Assembly (NCBI GenBank): GCA_010093605.1
Contig: MU004181.1
Location: forward strand, 1,116,001 to 1,180,000
Direction of reading: 5' to 3'
Source: Lophium mytilinum
Lineage: Eukaryota
DNA length: 64,000 bases
Under the pieces are notes generated by a model. That model did not search any database. It was not told where the DNA came from and saw only the letters and a program-made list of their open reading frames with translations. Position 1 is the stretch's first letter. Each line of letters begins with the position of its first letter. Below are positions 12,703-26,807 of the stretch, in pieces. The position numbers were made by a program, and so were the translations under genes.

Positions 12703-15700
12703 TATACGTTAATTCTCTTAGAGTAGGCGGGGCATTGCTGCCGATGCGCGAAGTGGGATGAAGCATCAGGAGCGTGCGCTAGCTAGGATGGGAAAGGGTT
12801 CGCAGCCTGCAGCGGTGTTTGCTTGCCGCGAACTCGTTCCCGTCATAGCCGTTCTACGAGGTTGCTTGCTACCGCTGCGAGATGAGATACTGCGCTCGTA
12901 CGACTGGCTAAGAAGCTCACTGGCAGAACATTCGCACCGCTAATAGCACCCGGTAATAGTTTCGGGTCGGCCTGTAGCCTCGTGATGCTCTGCTCCCAAG
13001 ACTGTGGTATGCAGGCTATCTGACACGCTTGCAATCAGGTTTGGAGCTTAGAGCGGGCTTTCTCCGGCAGTGAAGGGAGCCCCGGTACGTGCTGAGCTGC
13101 ATTTTATGTCCCAGTCTAGCTGCACGTGCGAGAGAGATGCGAGATGGATGACGTTGCAGCATGGTGTGGCAAGATGGATTATAATCGATCTCCACTTTTG
13201 CATGAATGTGCCAGCCCGGGGCGATCTCTTACCCGAGACGCGAGGCCAAGGGAATATCGACGTCAATAGCATGGACCCTGGATTCTGCGCGCGAAGGTGG
13301 TTTTCGAGGGTCTTGTCATGTGCCCGATAAGCGGTACGATAGCCCAGCGTGCGAGTCTCGTTTCTGCGACAAACTTAGTTGGAATTTCCTCAATTTAAGA
13401 CGCTCGGACGAGCAATCACGGAGTATGGTCTTTTCATAGATCTACCGCTTAGACAGGCTCGGATGCTTGAGATAATTCTGGAGTCGCTTGCTCACTAGAG
13501 AGCGCTGATCGCAGAACCGCTGGCGGCTTCTAATGGGTTTCCAGAAACGTCTGAGCTTTTTTGGGGCGACGATCACCAAACGCTTGCTTGTGGACTGAGG
13601 TTTGCGTAATTGCACATGAGGGAGCGAACATGCTGCGCGGTCCCTTGAGGTTGAACGGCCCAGTGCACGTATGCGGTCGTGGCCGGTAGCCAACGAGAGG
13701 CTTTATGCGGCTGGTGTCGTCATGAAGGGTCTCACGCATCTCGTGGCCGCGGATGCAAGCACGCCTAGTGCTTCGCTGTGATGAGAGGCCGCGGCGAAGC
13801 TGCCCTGGAAATGGAAAGCCATGTAAGGGTCTGTCTGGAGGCCCCGGGCAGTCATGTGCACCAGCTTGCCTGATATCGTCGCTGGTGCTGGAGCAGCCGA
13901 ATATGACTGCGTCTTCAGAGACGCTATCGGGCTTAACCAACTCCAGCGAGACGATAAAACTAGCAGTGCAGCGGCATGCCGCCTGGCGGGACAGGGCGCA
14001 CACCCTAGTTAGGTCGAGTGCTGCGCTCTGGGAGAGCTTGCAGACTATCACCGCCGCATGCCTCGTGCTCGGACTGGCGGAGGCGGGCGAGTGTCCCTTG
14101 GTGTGCTGTCGAGCATCGATCAGCAGAGACTCGGACAGACAGAGAAGAGTCGGGGGCAACGGGCCTGATCGAGGGGCTGAGCCGGGCATGGCACGGCATG
14201 GGTTGCTGCAGGCTTCCCACCAGCGGCACGCCGGGGAGTATCAGACCGCATTCTGGCTCGAGAGCAGCATCCGCTAGACCTTTCGCAGCCAAAATCTGGG
14301 GATGGTCATGCGCTCTGGAGCAATCGGCGGCGCCAGGTTTGATGCTCTGCAGCATGCATCCAACAAAGCCAGGGGCCCCCTTAGCTCGCAGCGTCAGCCA
14401 TTCGATTCGTCAAAGACGGTTGCGCACGCACTGCTGATTCGTGTCGCTTACAGCCCACTTGGCTCGGTCGTCTGCCAGCTGTTCCGATGCTCGTGTCGAC
14501 TGTCCATGCTCTACCCCAGATTTCGAGCGGCCGCCCGCCCAACCGCCCAACGTGGTCTCCTCGGTTTGGAGAACTACCGTCTGCTGCTTTTCCAGCATAG
14601 CCTCGCGGCTGCGGCTGTTGCGGCGTGGCTGCACGGTGCTTGGGGGCGCCCCAGGACTCCAGGCAACATGCAGGAGGCCATGTCGCCGGCCGCTCAGCGT
14701 CCTTTAATTCCGCGACTAGGGCCAAGGGGTGACAATGAAACTCGATCTCGGGAAGCCCAGACAGCGTCCGACCCGTGCTTGGAGCATCGTGGATTCTCAT
14801 CTGGCGGCCCCTCACTCGTCTGCGGTCAGGAACGACAATCGTCAATGCGAATGTTGGTGATTTTGCGCCAATGGGGTAAATATGGTCCAGCAGCGTCGAG
14901 GGCGATGGCATCCAGAGCACTATGTGTGTGTGACGGCAGCGCCCGCGCTTGTTTGATAGTAGAGACGCCACAGGGCTGGCGCACAAAAGAGCCGGTCAGT
15001 GACTCGTTGCTCTCCCAATGGTACGCCGTCAGCCGATTCGCGCAGTGGTTCGTAGGAATGAAGTGCCGCGCTCTCTCTGAACAGGCCTCCCGCCGTCGCC
15101 TCGACTCTTTCGGCGCTGCATACAGCCCACCGCTGCCGACTCCCAGGCGAGGCACGCCACGGCGAAGAAGGCTGGCAAGGATGGCGACCAGCACCATGGC
15201 ACTCTCCGTGAAGCTGTCTCTCTTGGGCCGAGAGACATTGATATTTGGCCGGTTGGTGCGGTTCTCGCACCCGACTGCGGTCAGACTCCGTCGTAGCTCC
15301 CGCCAGCCTCGTTCCCCAGGTGCCCCAGGTTTTGAGGCTCCGGACGCGAGTCGTGTCGTCCAGCTCCACGCTCTGAGGGCGACGTCGGGCAGGCGCAGAG
15401 GCACGGCGAGAGGTGCAGAAGGGGTCTCGGGCTCGAGCTCAGGATGTCCGTCAGGGAACTGCTGGGCCAGCGAACCCCGGCGCAGGTGTTGCAGGCGAGT
15501 GGTGCGTCTCTCCAGCAGCAGAGTACCGTTTTGTAACGTCCGGGCGCGTAGCCAATCCCGCAGCTCGCGATCCTGCATGCCGCAAGAGGCGTCGAAGCTG
15601 CCCTTGTCCATGCTGCCGTCCACCGTCGAGAGAGCCCTGGAGGCCTCCCCAGACCCTCTGGCTGTGTCATGCAAGAGCCCGCGGGCATCGGCATCGCATT

Positions 15701-16820
15701 ACGAGTGCCTCTGCGGATCGGGTGCCGGCCTGCGTGCTGAAGCTGAAGAAGAGGGCGAGGGCGCCTTTGGGGCTCGTCGTTCCCGTGTTGCTTGCTTTTT
15801 GCCTCGTTCGTCCACCGTTGAAGCTTGCAACGTCGATCCGGCCGTGGGTTCTCCAGCTTCCTGTCCTCCTCGGCCTGTCAGTAGTGCGCAGCTGGAGCCA
15901 ATGCGCACTGGCCGCGGGAGCTTGCCATTCACTGTCCCAACGCTGTGAACGCTGTGTCCGCCCCGTCCTCGTCGTCCACGCACCCTTCAGCCCATCGCAC
16001 CCGCCCTCCCCAAGGCCTAGGTATTGCCTCTCGCCGCTGATCGCAGGACGTCGTGCTCGGCCGCTGCTCCACCGCCACGCCACGCTCGATCCCGGCAGCT
16101 TCCAAGCGTGTCGGCGCTGGATTGACTTCCAGGGCTGCGTTAGCACTACCCGTACCGACTGCACTTCCAACGGACCCACCGCCGCGACGCCGTTAGCTGC
16201 GTGAGGTTCGGCCTGCCCCAGGGCGAGTCTACGGCTAGTCTTTGTAGCCTGCCAGCTGACCTGGAGGCCGTTCTCGACTACCTACGTACGCTGCGCTGAC
16301 CACCGGCTTCCACCGGTCTCTCACTGCATTCCCGACCATTCTCTCTCGTACCTCCAGACGTCAGCCTTCCTCGCTGTGGACTGCCACGCCCTTCAATTCG
16401 CCTGCGACGTGAACAGCTGCACGCTCCCGACTCAGCGACGTGGTTGCCCGCCGGTCTTCGGAGCCACCTGCATCGCGGCCCGCCATTGCTGCTGTCACGG
16501 TACCTACTCCGGGCGCTGGAGTCGACGACCAGGTACTGCATTTGCTGTCCAGATATACCTCCAAACGCCTCTCTGACGTATGCCGTGGGATTGGGCAGCT
16601 CCTTGTCTTGACTCTTCTTTGTTTACCTCTTCGAGCTCCCCGCCAGACTGGATCCGTTTCAATTGGGTTTGACCTGCCCTCGACGACCGCTCAATTGAAC
16701 TGCTACAGCCTGACACGCGTGGTCCAAGGCTGAATCCGAGTCGCCAGCTTACCAGCCTTTCGCGCCCGCCAGGACTCCGTACTCGTCGAGTCGTGGGTCT
16801 GAGAGTGGTGCAGAGCGACA

Positions 16821-19800
16821 ATGGTTGCTGAGGTCGATGCCCCGCAGGCTTCAAGAGCCAGGACTCAGTCCAACGCTGCCACCGCCGCGAATGGCGCCCT
16901 CAACACGGGCAACGTCAATGGTAGGCTGCAATCTAGCGGATTGCTATTCTTTACAGCACCTCTCTAATTGACTCTTCTCGCAGGGTCGGCGCAACCAACA
17001 AAAACTGGCGGTCCCCAGAACACCACCCCACCCTTCCCGCCCCCCAAAACCGACAAGCCCAGGCCTCATGTATGCGCCACTTGTACGCGTTCTTTCGCAA
17101 GGTTAGAGCATTTGAAACGGCACGAAAGGTCGCATACAAAGGAAAAGCCGTTCGAGTGTCCACAATGCACGCGGTGCTTTGCGCGGCGGGATCTCTTGCT
17201 GCGGCACCAGCAGAAGCTGCATCAACAAGGCGCCGCCTCGACCAGACCCAGAAACGGGCGGCGGGAGAGTACGACTGGCATGGTCACCGGTGCCAGAGTA
17301 CGCAAGAACTCTGTTGCAAGCAGCATCAACTCTTCTATCGCTGGAGGACCTGGGGGAATGAGACCGCGCGCTAACACCATCAGCCATATCGACGGCGCTG
17401 CGCTCAACAATCTTCTTGCCTCGACTAATGTCTCCACTAGCAGAGGCGGAGGTGGTGTCTCAGGGCACAGCCACCATGCAAGCTTGACAGGTCTTACTGG
17501 TGCTGGGACGTTCGATTATAGGGGGATGTCCACTTCAATGGGGAACCATGGACACGCAAGCGGGCTACCCAAGTTAGACACCCACCTTGGACTAGGACTC
17601 AGCGGCGGGCTCAGGACTGCGCCCATTCCAGGTGTGCCTGATGATTTTGACATTGACAAGTTTTTTGCGAACACCGGCTCTACTATCAACCCAAATCAAC
17701 TTCACTTGAATGCGTTTGGCGATCCGTCGTCACCCTTTTTTAGTTACAACAACCCTTTCCCTGGAACGACAGGACTGGAGGAGGACGATGGCTTCAGTTG
17801 GAGCGCGGGCCTGGACGCCTCCATGATGTTCAACACTGGGAATGAGAATGCTTTAGACGGTTCGTCTCCTTCTGCTATCAGTACCGCTAGTCAGAGTGGC
17901 TTCAGTGAAGTCATGATAGACGGCTCTGGAAACCCTCAAGGCTCGTCAGCATCTATGTGGCACAATCCACTTGTGACCCATGCGAACCTATCCCACAACG
18001 CTTTCACCACGCTGGACACCATGGGCCCCATCTTTCCGGAACTCATGATGAACAACACGATGTCTCCTAAGGATCTCCAAGACCAGAATGCGTCCACTGA
18101 CTTCTATATGTCGTCTCCACAGCCAATGCCTGGGTTGAGCCCTTCCACTGGAATGGCTGGACTTCCCAATCAGTACTTTCATTCGATGGCTATAAATTCG
18201 GATGGAAACAGTATTTCCTCGCCGTCCATTAACAGTAGCGCACGTCATAGCTCAGTCACCTCGGTGTCGACGGAATCTATTACTGACGCCACCCGACAAG
18301 CAATGATTATGAACCTGTCCCAAGCAATGGGAAGTGGTTCAAATCAACGGAAATACTCGCAGCCACATATTAGTTCTCCATTGTCGTCAACCAATTCTGG
18401 AAAGCCCCAAAATGCGTTCGCCTCGTTACCAAGCACTTTGGATCTTCAGCGCTACGTGAACGCCTACATCCAGTACTTCCACCCTCACCTTCCATTCCTG
18501 CACATTTCTACGCTCTCTTTCGATACGCCGGCCTACACTTACCAAATGCGTACGCCGGGGAGCTTCAGCCAGGAAGGCATAATCGGCGGTGGTGGATGTC
18601 TGATTTTAGCAATGGCAGCCATTGGCGCTCTTTACGAGTTCGAACACAAGGTCGCTAAAGAACTATTTGAAGCGGCAAAGAAGATGATTCTGTATTACCT
18701 CGACGAACGCCGCCAGAGAGGACTAGCTGCTGTGAATGGACGAAACGCCCCTCAGGATCACATCAACAAACCTCCGTTGTGGCTGGTACAAGCTATGATG
18801 CTCAATCTAATATATGGTCACAATTGCGGCGATAAACAAGCCGCTGAAGTGGCTAGCACGCATTGTGCTGCTCTTGTGAGTCTCGCGAAAGCCTGTGGAC
18901 TCGACAAGCCGGAGATGGAGGTTCCGAACACAGATATTTTCTGTCAACCTACGCCAAACTCTCTGGATGGAGATGTCGACATGGGCGACGATGGTTTGCC
19001 CTCGGATCTCTTCTCGAAACATACTCATGTCGATCATGTTGATGAGCATGCGCAGTGGATGAAGTGGAAAACGGTAGAAGAGCGAAAGCGAACCTACTTT
19101 GCAGTGTTCTCGATGTCGAGCCTCCTCGTCTCTGCCTATGCCCATGCGCCCAGGATACTAAATTCGGAGATTCGACTTAATCTGCCTTGTGAGGAGGATC
19201 TCTGGGCAGCAGACAGCGCTCAGGCGTGGGCGGCTATGGGAGGACCAGCGGCTGCTCAAGCCAGAGGTCTTTCCTTCAACAATGCCATGACCTATCTCCT
19301 GGAAGCTAGCATGCGAAAACAAGCCAATCAACGGGAAAGTCACGCTTATGCGCAACCTTTCGGATCTAACATGTCTACCACCGAGCCTACGGAGAGCGAA
19401 ATCAAACCCAGCACTTTTGGTTGCTACGTACTGATCAACGCACTTCACGTATATATCTGGGAGACGAGGCAACGGCATACAGGCCGCATATGGAAGACAC
19501 AAGAGACGGAAGCGATGCACGCCCAGGTTGAGCCAGCTTTGAAGGCCTGGCAGGCCGCCTGGCGAGCCAATCCCAATCACAGTATCGAGCGACCCAGTCC
19601 ATACGGCCCATTAGGTGCAGACAGCATTCCTTTGCTAGATCTTGCCTATGTCCGCTTATTCGTCAATCTCACGCGTACAAAAGAGTTATTATGGCAACGC
19701 GACTTCGATGGAATGGCTGGAGAGCTTGCTAAGGGGGTCGACATCGTCGCTCACGCCGATAGCTCACCGGAGGGCTCTTCGGACCCTACTGACTCAACTA

Positions 19801-20515
19801 GGACCTCAAACACGTCAATCAGCTCACCAAGAAATACTGCCTCGCCCGGAGACATGGACGCTGTTGGAGAAGCGAGTCCGGGCCAGACAGCCAACAACCT
19901 GCAGCCCAACCAATCATCCAAACGGGAGCGACACCTCCGCCGAGCTGCTTTCTACGCCGCGGACTCCTTGTCTATGGCTGACAAACTGGGCGCAACCTAT
20001 GCAGACTTTACCGCCAGGGAGTTGCCGAACTCGTCTGCGATGTGCACTATGGACTGCGCACAGATCCTTGCAGAATGGGTTGCCACGGTCCAGGATCGAG
20101 TTGGGCGCTACCTCGGGGTACTTGGCAAGGATGACATTGATTATTCCGCCGTGCCCGCAATCATGCTTCTTGAAGAGGAGGATGTGAAATTGCTGCAGAA
20201 GATCCAAGATATCCTGAACCACGCTGATCTGAAGCTGACGTTTGATATCACGAGCATGGGGTCTTCAGCTGCCATGCCGATCATGAGTGGACTTGCTAGC
20301 CTCGGCGCTTGTGGTTACGGCTCCAAGCTCCTGATGGTAACAGCATACATGCTGGAGAAGGCTGCTGTGTGGCCTGGTGGGTTTCCTCTATTGCTCTATT
20401 ATTCGACTTGACTTTCGCTAACGCTATCACAGTCACGCATGTAATGGCTCGCGCACTTGAGGCTCATGCAGCCCATGTCAACAGACGCGCTGAGGCTTCA
20501 ACACTCATAACTTAA
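16821..20515 (+). CDS. amdX: Adr1/AmdX-like C2H2 zinc-finger transcription factor with a fungal-specific TF (Fungal_trans) middle domain (exons 16821-16920, 16984-20376, 20433-20515)
   Basis: Two fingers [52 protein letters not shown] closely match the Adr1/AmdX type. Also [13 protein letters not shown] and EERKRT...LPCEEDLW motifs. Introns GTAGGC..CAG and GTGGGT..CAG keep the frame. Confidence 0.9.
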
Positions 20516-21255
20516 ATACTGTATTGTACAATCCCAACACCCTGTACAGCTTACGACATCCACGTTTTACGTCGGCTACGATCCAAAAAAGATACTATAA
20601 GTCTGCTGTCAGGCAGGCGTTTCATGCTCATGAGTGCTACAATTCTAGCCGCGAAAACCGAATACGAAGCAAGAACATGAAAGCCTGCTGCCCAGCACAA
20701 ATCCAGGGTCGTACTCTAGTCCCAACATGAAACCTCGAACACCCCACCCAAAAAACCGACTTTCAGACTTCCTGTATATTCTTGTAATCGATCCTTCATT
20801 GTCCAGCATGACTTCAATGTTTTTAGGCCTCTTAAGGACGCGACACTGGCCACGGACCCTCGTAAATATTCCGAATACCGAACTCCTCACCGGATGCCAG
20901 AACCTGAAAACGATTCTCTGGCGCGACACCTGTAAAGCTCCTTCAGGGCCGTCGCTTTTCGTGGCTACTCATAACAAAATTTCCCACGCCGTTGGAACGA
21001 GGAACTGCAAGAAACGATCCGTCGACAGCTCTTCTTTTATCTTTCTCCATCTTCAATGTTCTCAATCACGCTTGTAATGTGCTCGAACCCTTTTTACAGC
21101 AAATCTTCATCCTGCCTTTACGATTCCTATTTTGTTCTAGCTGCATTTCCTGCGAGTTTAGGTGGGAACTTTTAATCTACGGTCTTGGGTGCACGAATCT
21201 TCTTTCGGGAAATCTCTGGATCTGTCTTATCTGCGTTCACGGGCTGATCGCTCAA

Positions 21256-21271
21256 GGGGGGGGGGGGGGGG
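21256..21271. repeat. G16 homopolymer
   Basis: Sixteen consecutive G downstream of the TF stop codon. Confidence 0.95.
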
Positions 21272-22224
21272 TCACGACTTTATTGGGTGCAGCATCTGCT
21301 TTGGGATGTCACTTGTTGATGCTGAGGTCGGTTCTACTACTCTCTTATCGGGAAGTAGCCGGTAGTATTTACATTGTTTGGTAATCCTTCAGGCCAGCGG
21401 GTTTCAAGGCCTATGCTCTGGGTAACGGATTCTAGGGTGTCATGAAATGGGAATCTGAAGGCAGCAGTGGGCTGGATCGGGATACGGAAATGGATTGGGA
21501 AAGGATAGGTGGGGGGTTAACGGCTCAGGAAAAGCTCTGATTACATCCAGTTAGGATTAGTTACTTCAGGAAAGCACTCGTTTGCTCTCTAACAATCCGC
21601 GACTGCCATCCATTGAATATAGCGTGCGAGCCGTGACTGTGGGGTGGGCCACACACACCCTTCTTCCCCTTCCCAACCCGATCTCACCATCTTTGCCCTA
21701 TCCACGATCCTCAATGCCAGCTGTCAAAGGATCCAGACCCTCCTCTGCCCCTCCGAACAACTCCGATGCCACACCATTGGCCCACTCAACCCCCACGGTA
21801 TTTCCTGGTCTGCTAAGGTTTGCTTAGAGCCCGCCTGACGCACGCCGCCAGATCTGCAGAGGTGGGCGGCTCCGGGCCGCTCGATTGGAGAACTAGAGCG
21901 TGGCGATGGTGCGTCTAGAGAGCTTTAGCACATGAGCTTTTATAGCGTGAGCTTGTTGTGTAGCGGCTGAGCTAGCGGGGGTGGATTGAGGATGGTGGTG
22001 GCTTGGGAGCGGGCGGCGGTGCTTCGGAGCCGGTAGGTGGGAGTAGTCTGACATAGCGAGCGAGGCGGACGGCTTAGTAGGTAGGTAGGAAGATGGTGTA
22101 TATCGTGAAGACGAGATACTGAGATCATTGAACAGCTTTGGTATTGGAAAACGATGAAAAACTACTGATACATATTGTAATGCACTGAACCACTGGACCC
22201 ACGCAAATACTGAGAGTGAAGACG

Positions 22225-23834
22225 CTAGTAATCGAATCGGTCGGGTAGAACGAGTGGTGCGATCAAACTCCAAATGTAGATGCCGTAGCATATCCAGGCG
22301 CTTACAATCTTGGCCCAGCTGGCCCAGTAGGTCCGTCCCACGGGCACGAAACTGTCCTCTACGGTGTCGGCGTTGAAGTTCATGGTGAGCAGTGTTGCTA
22401 CCCATGTGGTGCTGAGGAAGAAGATGACGTGGAAGAGGGAGTAGTTGTACTGGGTAGCGTTGCGCTCGTCGTCGCGAGGGTTCTTGCTGCCACCTTCATC
22501 ATCCTCGTCGTCGCTGTCGTCGGGGTCGTCGAGCGCGGAGGCGGGGAGCGAGCCGCTTTCGACTGCTGCGCGGAGAGCGGCAGCTCGCATTTCGCGGCGC
22601 GACTCGGGCTGTTGAGTGACTAGACCATGCTCGTAATCGTCAGTACTGACTTGAGAGTAGCCATTGCCTTGAGAGCCCAAAGCTAGACCATAGGTAGCTG
22701 CCCGGGTCGTGGTGTATGCCACTGTCACAAAAGTAACGATCGCGCCGATGATGACAGTAGCTCGGCGGGTGCCACGAGCTCGAACAAGAGGGTTACATTG
22801 CAAATCATCCGGCTCCATGCCCACGGCTGACATGGTCAAGTATGTGCAATATACAGCAACCATTGCAGATTGCGCCAGACCAGCGCGTGGGTTCACAGCT
22901 TGGATTGCGGGGTGAATCGACACAATAGAGGCTATGAGAAGCAGCAGGAGGTTGATCTAGGTTGGGTTAATTTGATGGCTGGGAACGGGACCTCGAATAT
23001 GAGCTTACAGTAATGGCAGCCTGGTTCATCGAGCATCCGCTTTTCGCGAAGAAAATATACATGATAATTGTCATGGCCACAGAAGCCAGGTACATGGACA
23101 GAGCCGATCCGATTAGTAGACCAGTCCAGAATCTTGACTCGGTAGTCTCAATCTTCTCCTGGCAGTATTCGGCCCAGTTGTGCGCGAGGTCGACCAGGAG
23201 AATAAGGCCAATGAGGAGGAAGAGACACGCTCCAATCAGGGCAAAGTAATTACCCCAGACGATGAAGAATGAGTTCGGGATGAAGAAGGTGACGACAACG
23301 AGGCCTATCCAGGCAAGCATCTTGGGACCCCAGAATCCATTCTGGATAGGCGCACGCCCGTCCTTGGAAGACCGCACTCCGAGGAGAATCAGGGCGAGGA
23401 TGGCGTGGAAGACGCCCAAGGCGAAGTTGATTCGTTGCACTGCAACATAGCCATAGCATTCTTCTCCCTGGCACTTGATATCCACGTAATCGAGGGTAAG
23501 ATGTTGAAGCTTCTTCATGGCCCAGTCCGTGAGCATGAGCCATGACATGACGGAGTTTATGAGGAGTATGAGGGCGTAGGCGATGCGGGTGGCCATGCTG
23601 TCGCATCCATCAGCTGTTGGTCGATAGTCAAGGAAAGCAGTCTGCGCACCTGTTGCCGCATTTTCCGCACGAGTTGAAGACAGCATTGCAGGTCGCCGCT
23701 CCACAGCACGAAAGGGCAAAGGTGCCAATCTAGGCGCCAGTCAGTGACGAGCTTCTTCGCGATGGCCGCGGGTGTGTACTTACCGTGCCGATGCTAGGTA
23801 CAGCGAGCAAAGGGATAGAAAGTAGTGCGCCCAT
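22225..23834 (-). CDS. TMS1: Serinc/TMS1 (TDE) membrane protein, multi-exon
   Basis: MGALLSIPLLAVPSIGT/IGTFALSCCGAATC...CGKCGNS/MATRIAYA, IQNGFWGPK, GLAQSAMVAVYCTYLTMSA, YNYSLFH, WSLIAPLVLPDRFDY*; canonical introns. Confidence 0.93.
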
Positions 23835-24494
23835 GTTGTCGCGATGAGGTTGTGGTGGTAGGAGAGGCTGCAGTGATGGGCTCGCAGGTGACGCAGCTCG
23901 ACGATGCGGCGCCGTGGTGTTGCGCTTGGCAGTCAGGCTTCGCCGAACATAAAGTGGCAGTCCAGTTTGATTCCGTCTGAGGTAGCTCAGGGAGCTATAG
24001 AATTGGTCGAAAACGTTGCCTTCAAGTCCGTGATACCGTATCACAATCTTTCAAACGGAGCTTGTCTGGAGCACTTCATACTAGAGTAGGTGTGTAACGT
24101 GGAAAGCATCGGAAGTTTTACAAGATAATTCAGCATTTGTTGACTGCCACTTTCTGTTCAAGGACCCCTGCTAATGGCTTATCTCCGTCATCGCCTGTCG
24201 CAGCAATGCCGAAACCGTTCCATCCCAGCTGTCCACCCTTTCACCTCTGTTCGTCGCATTGCCTGCACTACCTCCCAATTCCTTTTGGCCAGCTCGCGCC
24301 ATTACCTGAACTTTCTCTCCTCCGCTGGGACGACACAGCCAACGACGCTGGGCACTTCTCGCCCCGACTTTCATCTCGGAACGCGTATCCGATAGCACTC
24401 AATCACGACAATCGAGGGCCCGATGATTCGTTAAAATATATTTAAAACCCCCCTACTCTTACGGAGCGGGCAACACACACAAAACTCCTACAGA

Positions 24495-26461
24495 ATGTCT
24501 GAAAAGACGCACAGGACGACACGGATTGTCTCCGTAGTCGCTGCTACCACTATTGCGCTGGCATGCGGGACAAATGTACGTATTACCTCTACTTCGGGTA
24601 CGTACCGCGACCCTGACTGTTAGCAGTATGCATACTCGGCATGGGCACCCCAATTTGCAGACCGCCTGCAGCTTTCTGCAGTTCAGAGCAACATAATCGT
24701 ACGATCTCCGCTTTTGTCCTCGCAATCATCACTGAGAAAATCTTAGGGAACAGCAGCGAATCTCGGCATGTACGCTTCGGGGATACCAATGGGAATTGTG
24801 ACAGACAAAAGAGGCCCCCGACCTTCTGCTCTGATCGGATCCGTTGCACTTGCGGCTGGCTACTTTCCAATACGACTAGGTGAATGTCCCTGTCGTTCTT
24901 TCAAGGACTGGAGGCTAAATCAGTGTAGCGTATGATAGGGGAGCTATGAGCGTAGCCCTGATAACTTTCTGCTCCTTCCTCACCGGAGTCGGCAGTTGCG
25001 CTGCGTTCCAGGCCTCATTGAAAGTTTGTAGGTAATGTCGATACGACTTCACAGCGCCGAGCTGACCCGTCTAGCTGCCCTTAACTGGCCCCATCACCGC
25101 GGGACGGCGACTGCCTTTCCTTTGGCAGCATTCGGTCTCAGTGCATTCTTCTATACCATAGTTTCACGCTTCGCATTTGCAGGTAAGACACTAGCCCTCG
25201 GTCCGTACCCCTCAAGCCTCCTCTGATCTATCTAAAAGGCAACACCTCGAGCTTGCTGTTGTTTCTATCTTTAGGGACCTCTTGTCTCGTCTTTGTCTCC
25301 GTTCCTTTCCTTGCGGTTGTAGATCACACTACCCGCTATGTAGTACTACCAACCACCGAAGACTTCTCCCACCCGACACGACGAGACTCAAATCAACTTC
25401 ATCGTACCAAGTCTGGGGGAAGTAAGCACAGCGCCTCTATTCTACCGCGGCAAGAACCCAGTATGTATCGAATGCTTTCATATACCTCAGTCTTTACCCA
25501 AGTCAGCTACCAATACTTCAGTAGACGACAGTCCACTAGATGAATCTCCTGCAGATGCAGATGAAACCTCGTCACTAGTGTCGATGCCTGGAGATATTGC
25601 TGCAGATGACGATGCTTTGAGCCATATGACACACCACTCACATAAAGCAGATATAACCGGGTTAGCGTTACTACCAAGAATAGATTTTTGGAATCTCTGG
25701 ATGCTGTGTGCTCTACTGACAGGTGTCGGTCTAATGACTATCAAGTAAGTCTCTAGAATCGAGTTTACGAGATTGAAATGCTAATAGTGTGTCTAGTAAT
25801 ATTGGCAACGACGTAAGGTACTTTTGACTTGCCCATTGAGTGACGAATTAACTATTTATAGGCACAAGCACTCTGGGCACATTACGACGACACTGCATCA
25901 AAAGATTTCATCGCCAAGCGCCAACTAATGCATGTCTCTATTATCTCGTTCTTGAGCTTTCTAGGGCGGCTCGCTTCTGGGGTTGGATCCGACGTGCTCG
26001 TAAAACGGCTTCACATGAGTCGATTCTGGTGCGTTTTGACATCCGCGGCCATATTCGCACTCGCACAGTTCTGCGGCGCGCGCATCGAAAACCCGAACCA
26101 TCTTTGGGCCGTCTCTGGCCTCACTGGGCTAGCGTATGGGGCGCTCTTTGGCGTATTCCCTGCCCTAGTCGTTGATGCCTTTGGCGTTGGAGGTTTCTCC
26201 GTCAATTGGGGCTTCATGACCCTGGCACCAGTTGTGAGTGGCAACGTCTTCAACATTTGGTACGGGGCCATCTACGACGCTCACTCAGATGTTGGGCGGG
26301 ATGGTGACAGAGCTTGTGCTGAAGGCCTCGCGTGCTATCGCAGTGCATATTGGGTCACCCTTGTCTCAAGCGTTTTGGGTATATTAGTGTGCTTGTGGTG
26401 TATCAAGCACGAGCATTCGGCCAAGAGTAAGGACATTCAGGATGACCATCGGGAGGCATAA
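24495..26461 (+). CDS. MCH1: MCH1-like MFS (nodulin-like) transporter, about 9 exons including a 16-nt exon at 25797-25812
   Basis: IALACGTN/YAYSAWAPQFA, ALNWPHHRGTATAFPLAAFGLSAFF, GVGLMTIN/NIGND/AQALW, HVSIISFLSFLGRLASGVGSD, FSVNWGFMTLAPVVSGNVFN. Confidence 0.88.
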
Positions 26462-26645
26462 TTCAATACTTTACATAATTGGAGGGCCTTCTTCATCAGC
26501 TAGAGATTTGGGACATATAGACTTGGCATCAGGTGCCGCTTTCTGTTAATCTTTGAGACAGTTTCTATGGTTGCTTCTTGTGTCTGGTGTGACGCGGACT
26601 ACCTCATCCGAGCCTTTGTTGGGCGTAAGTGTGTTTTTCACTGTA

Positions 26646-26686
26646 TGTGATGGAAATGGTGTTTGTGATGGTAATGGTGTTTGTGA
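26646..26686. repeat. 18-bp tandem repeat (TGTGATGGWAATGGTGTT x about 2.3)
   Basis: Read directly from the sequence; lies just 3' of MCH1. Confidence 0.8.
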
Positions 26687-26807
26687 ATGCATTGATTATA
26701 CTTATGATGTGCGAACGGGAAGGTATGATTTGCTAATGAGGTTGTAAGGTTAGTAGTATTGGAACTTCGCACAGTGCTGGCCCGAACTGAACGCTGCCTC
26801 TTGTATA

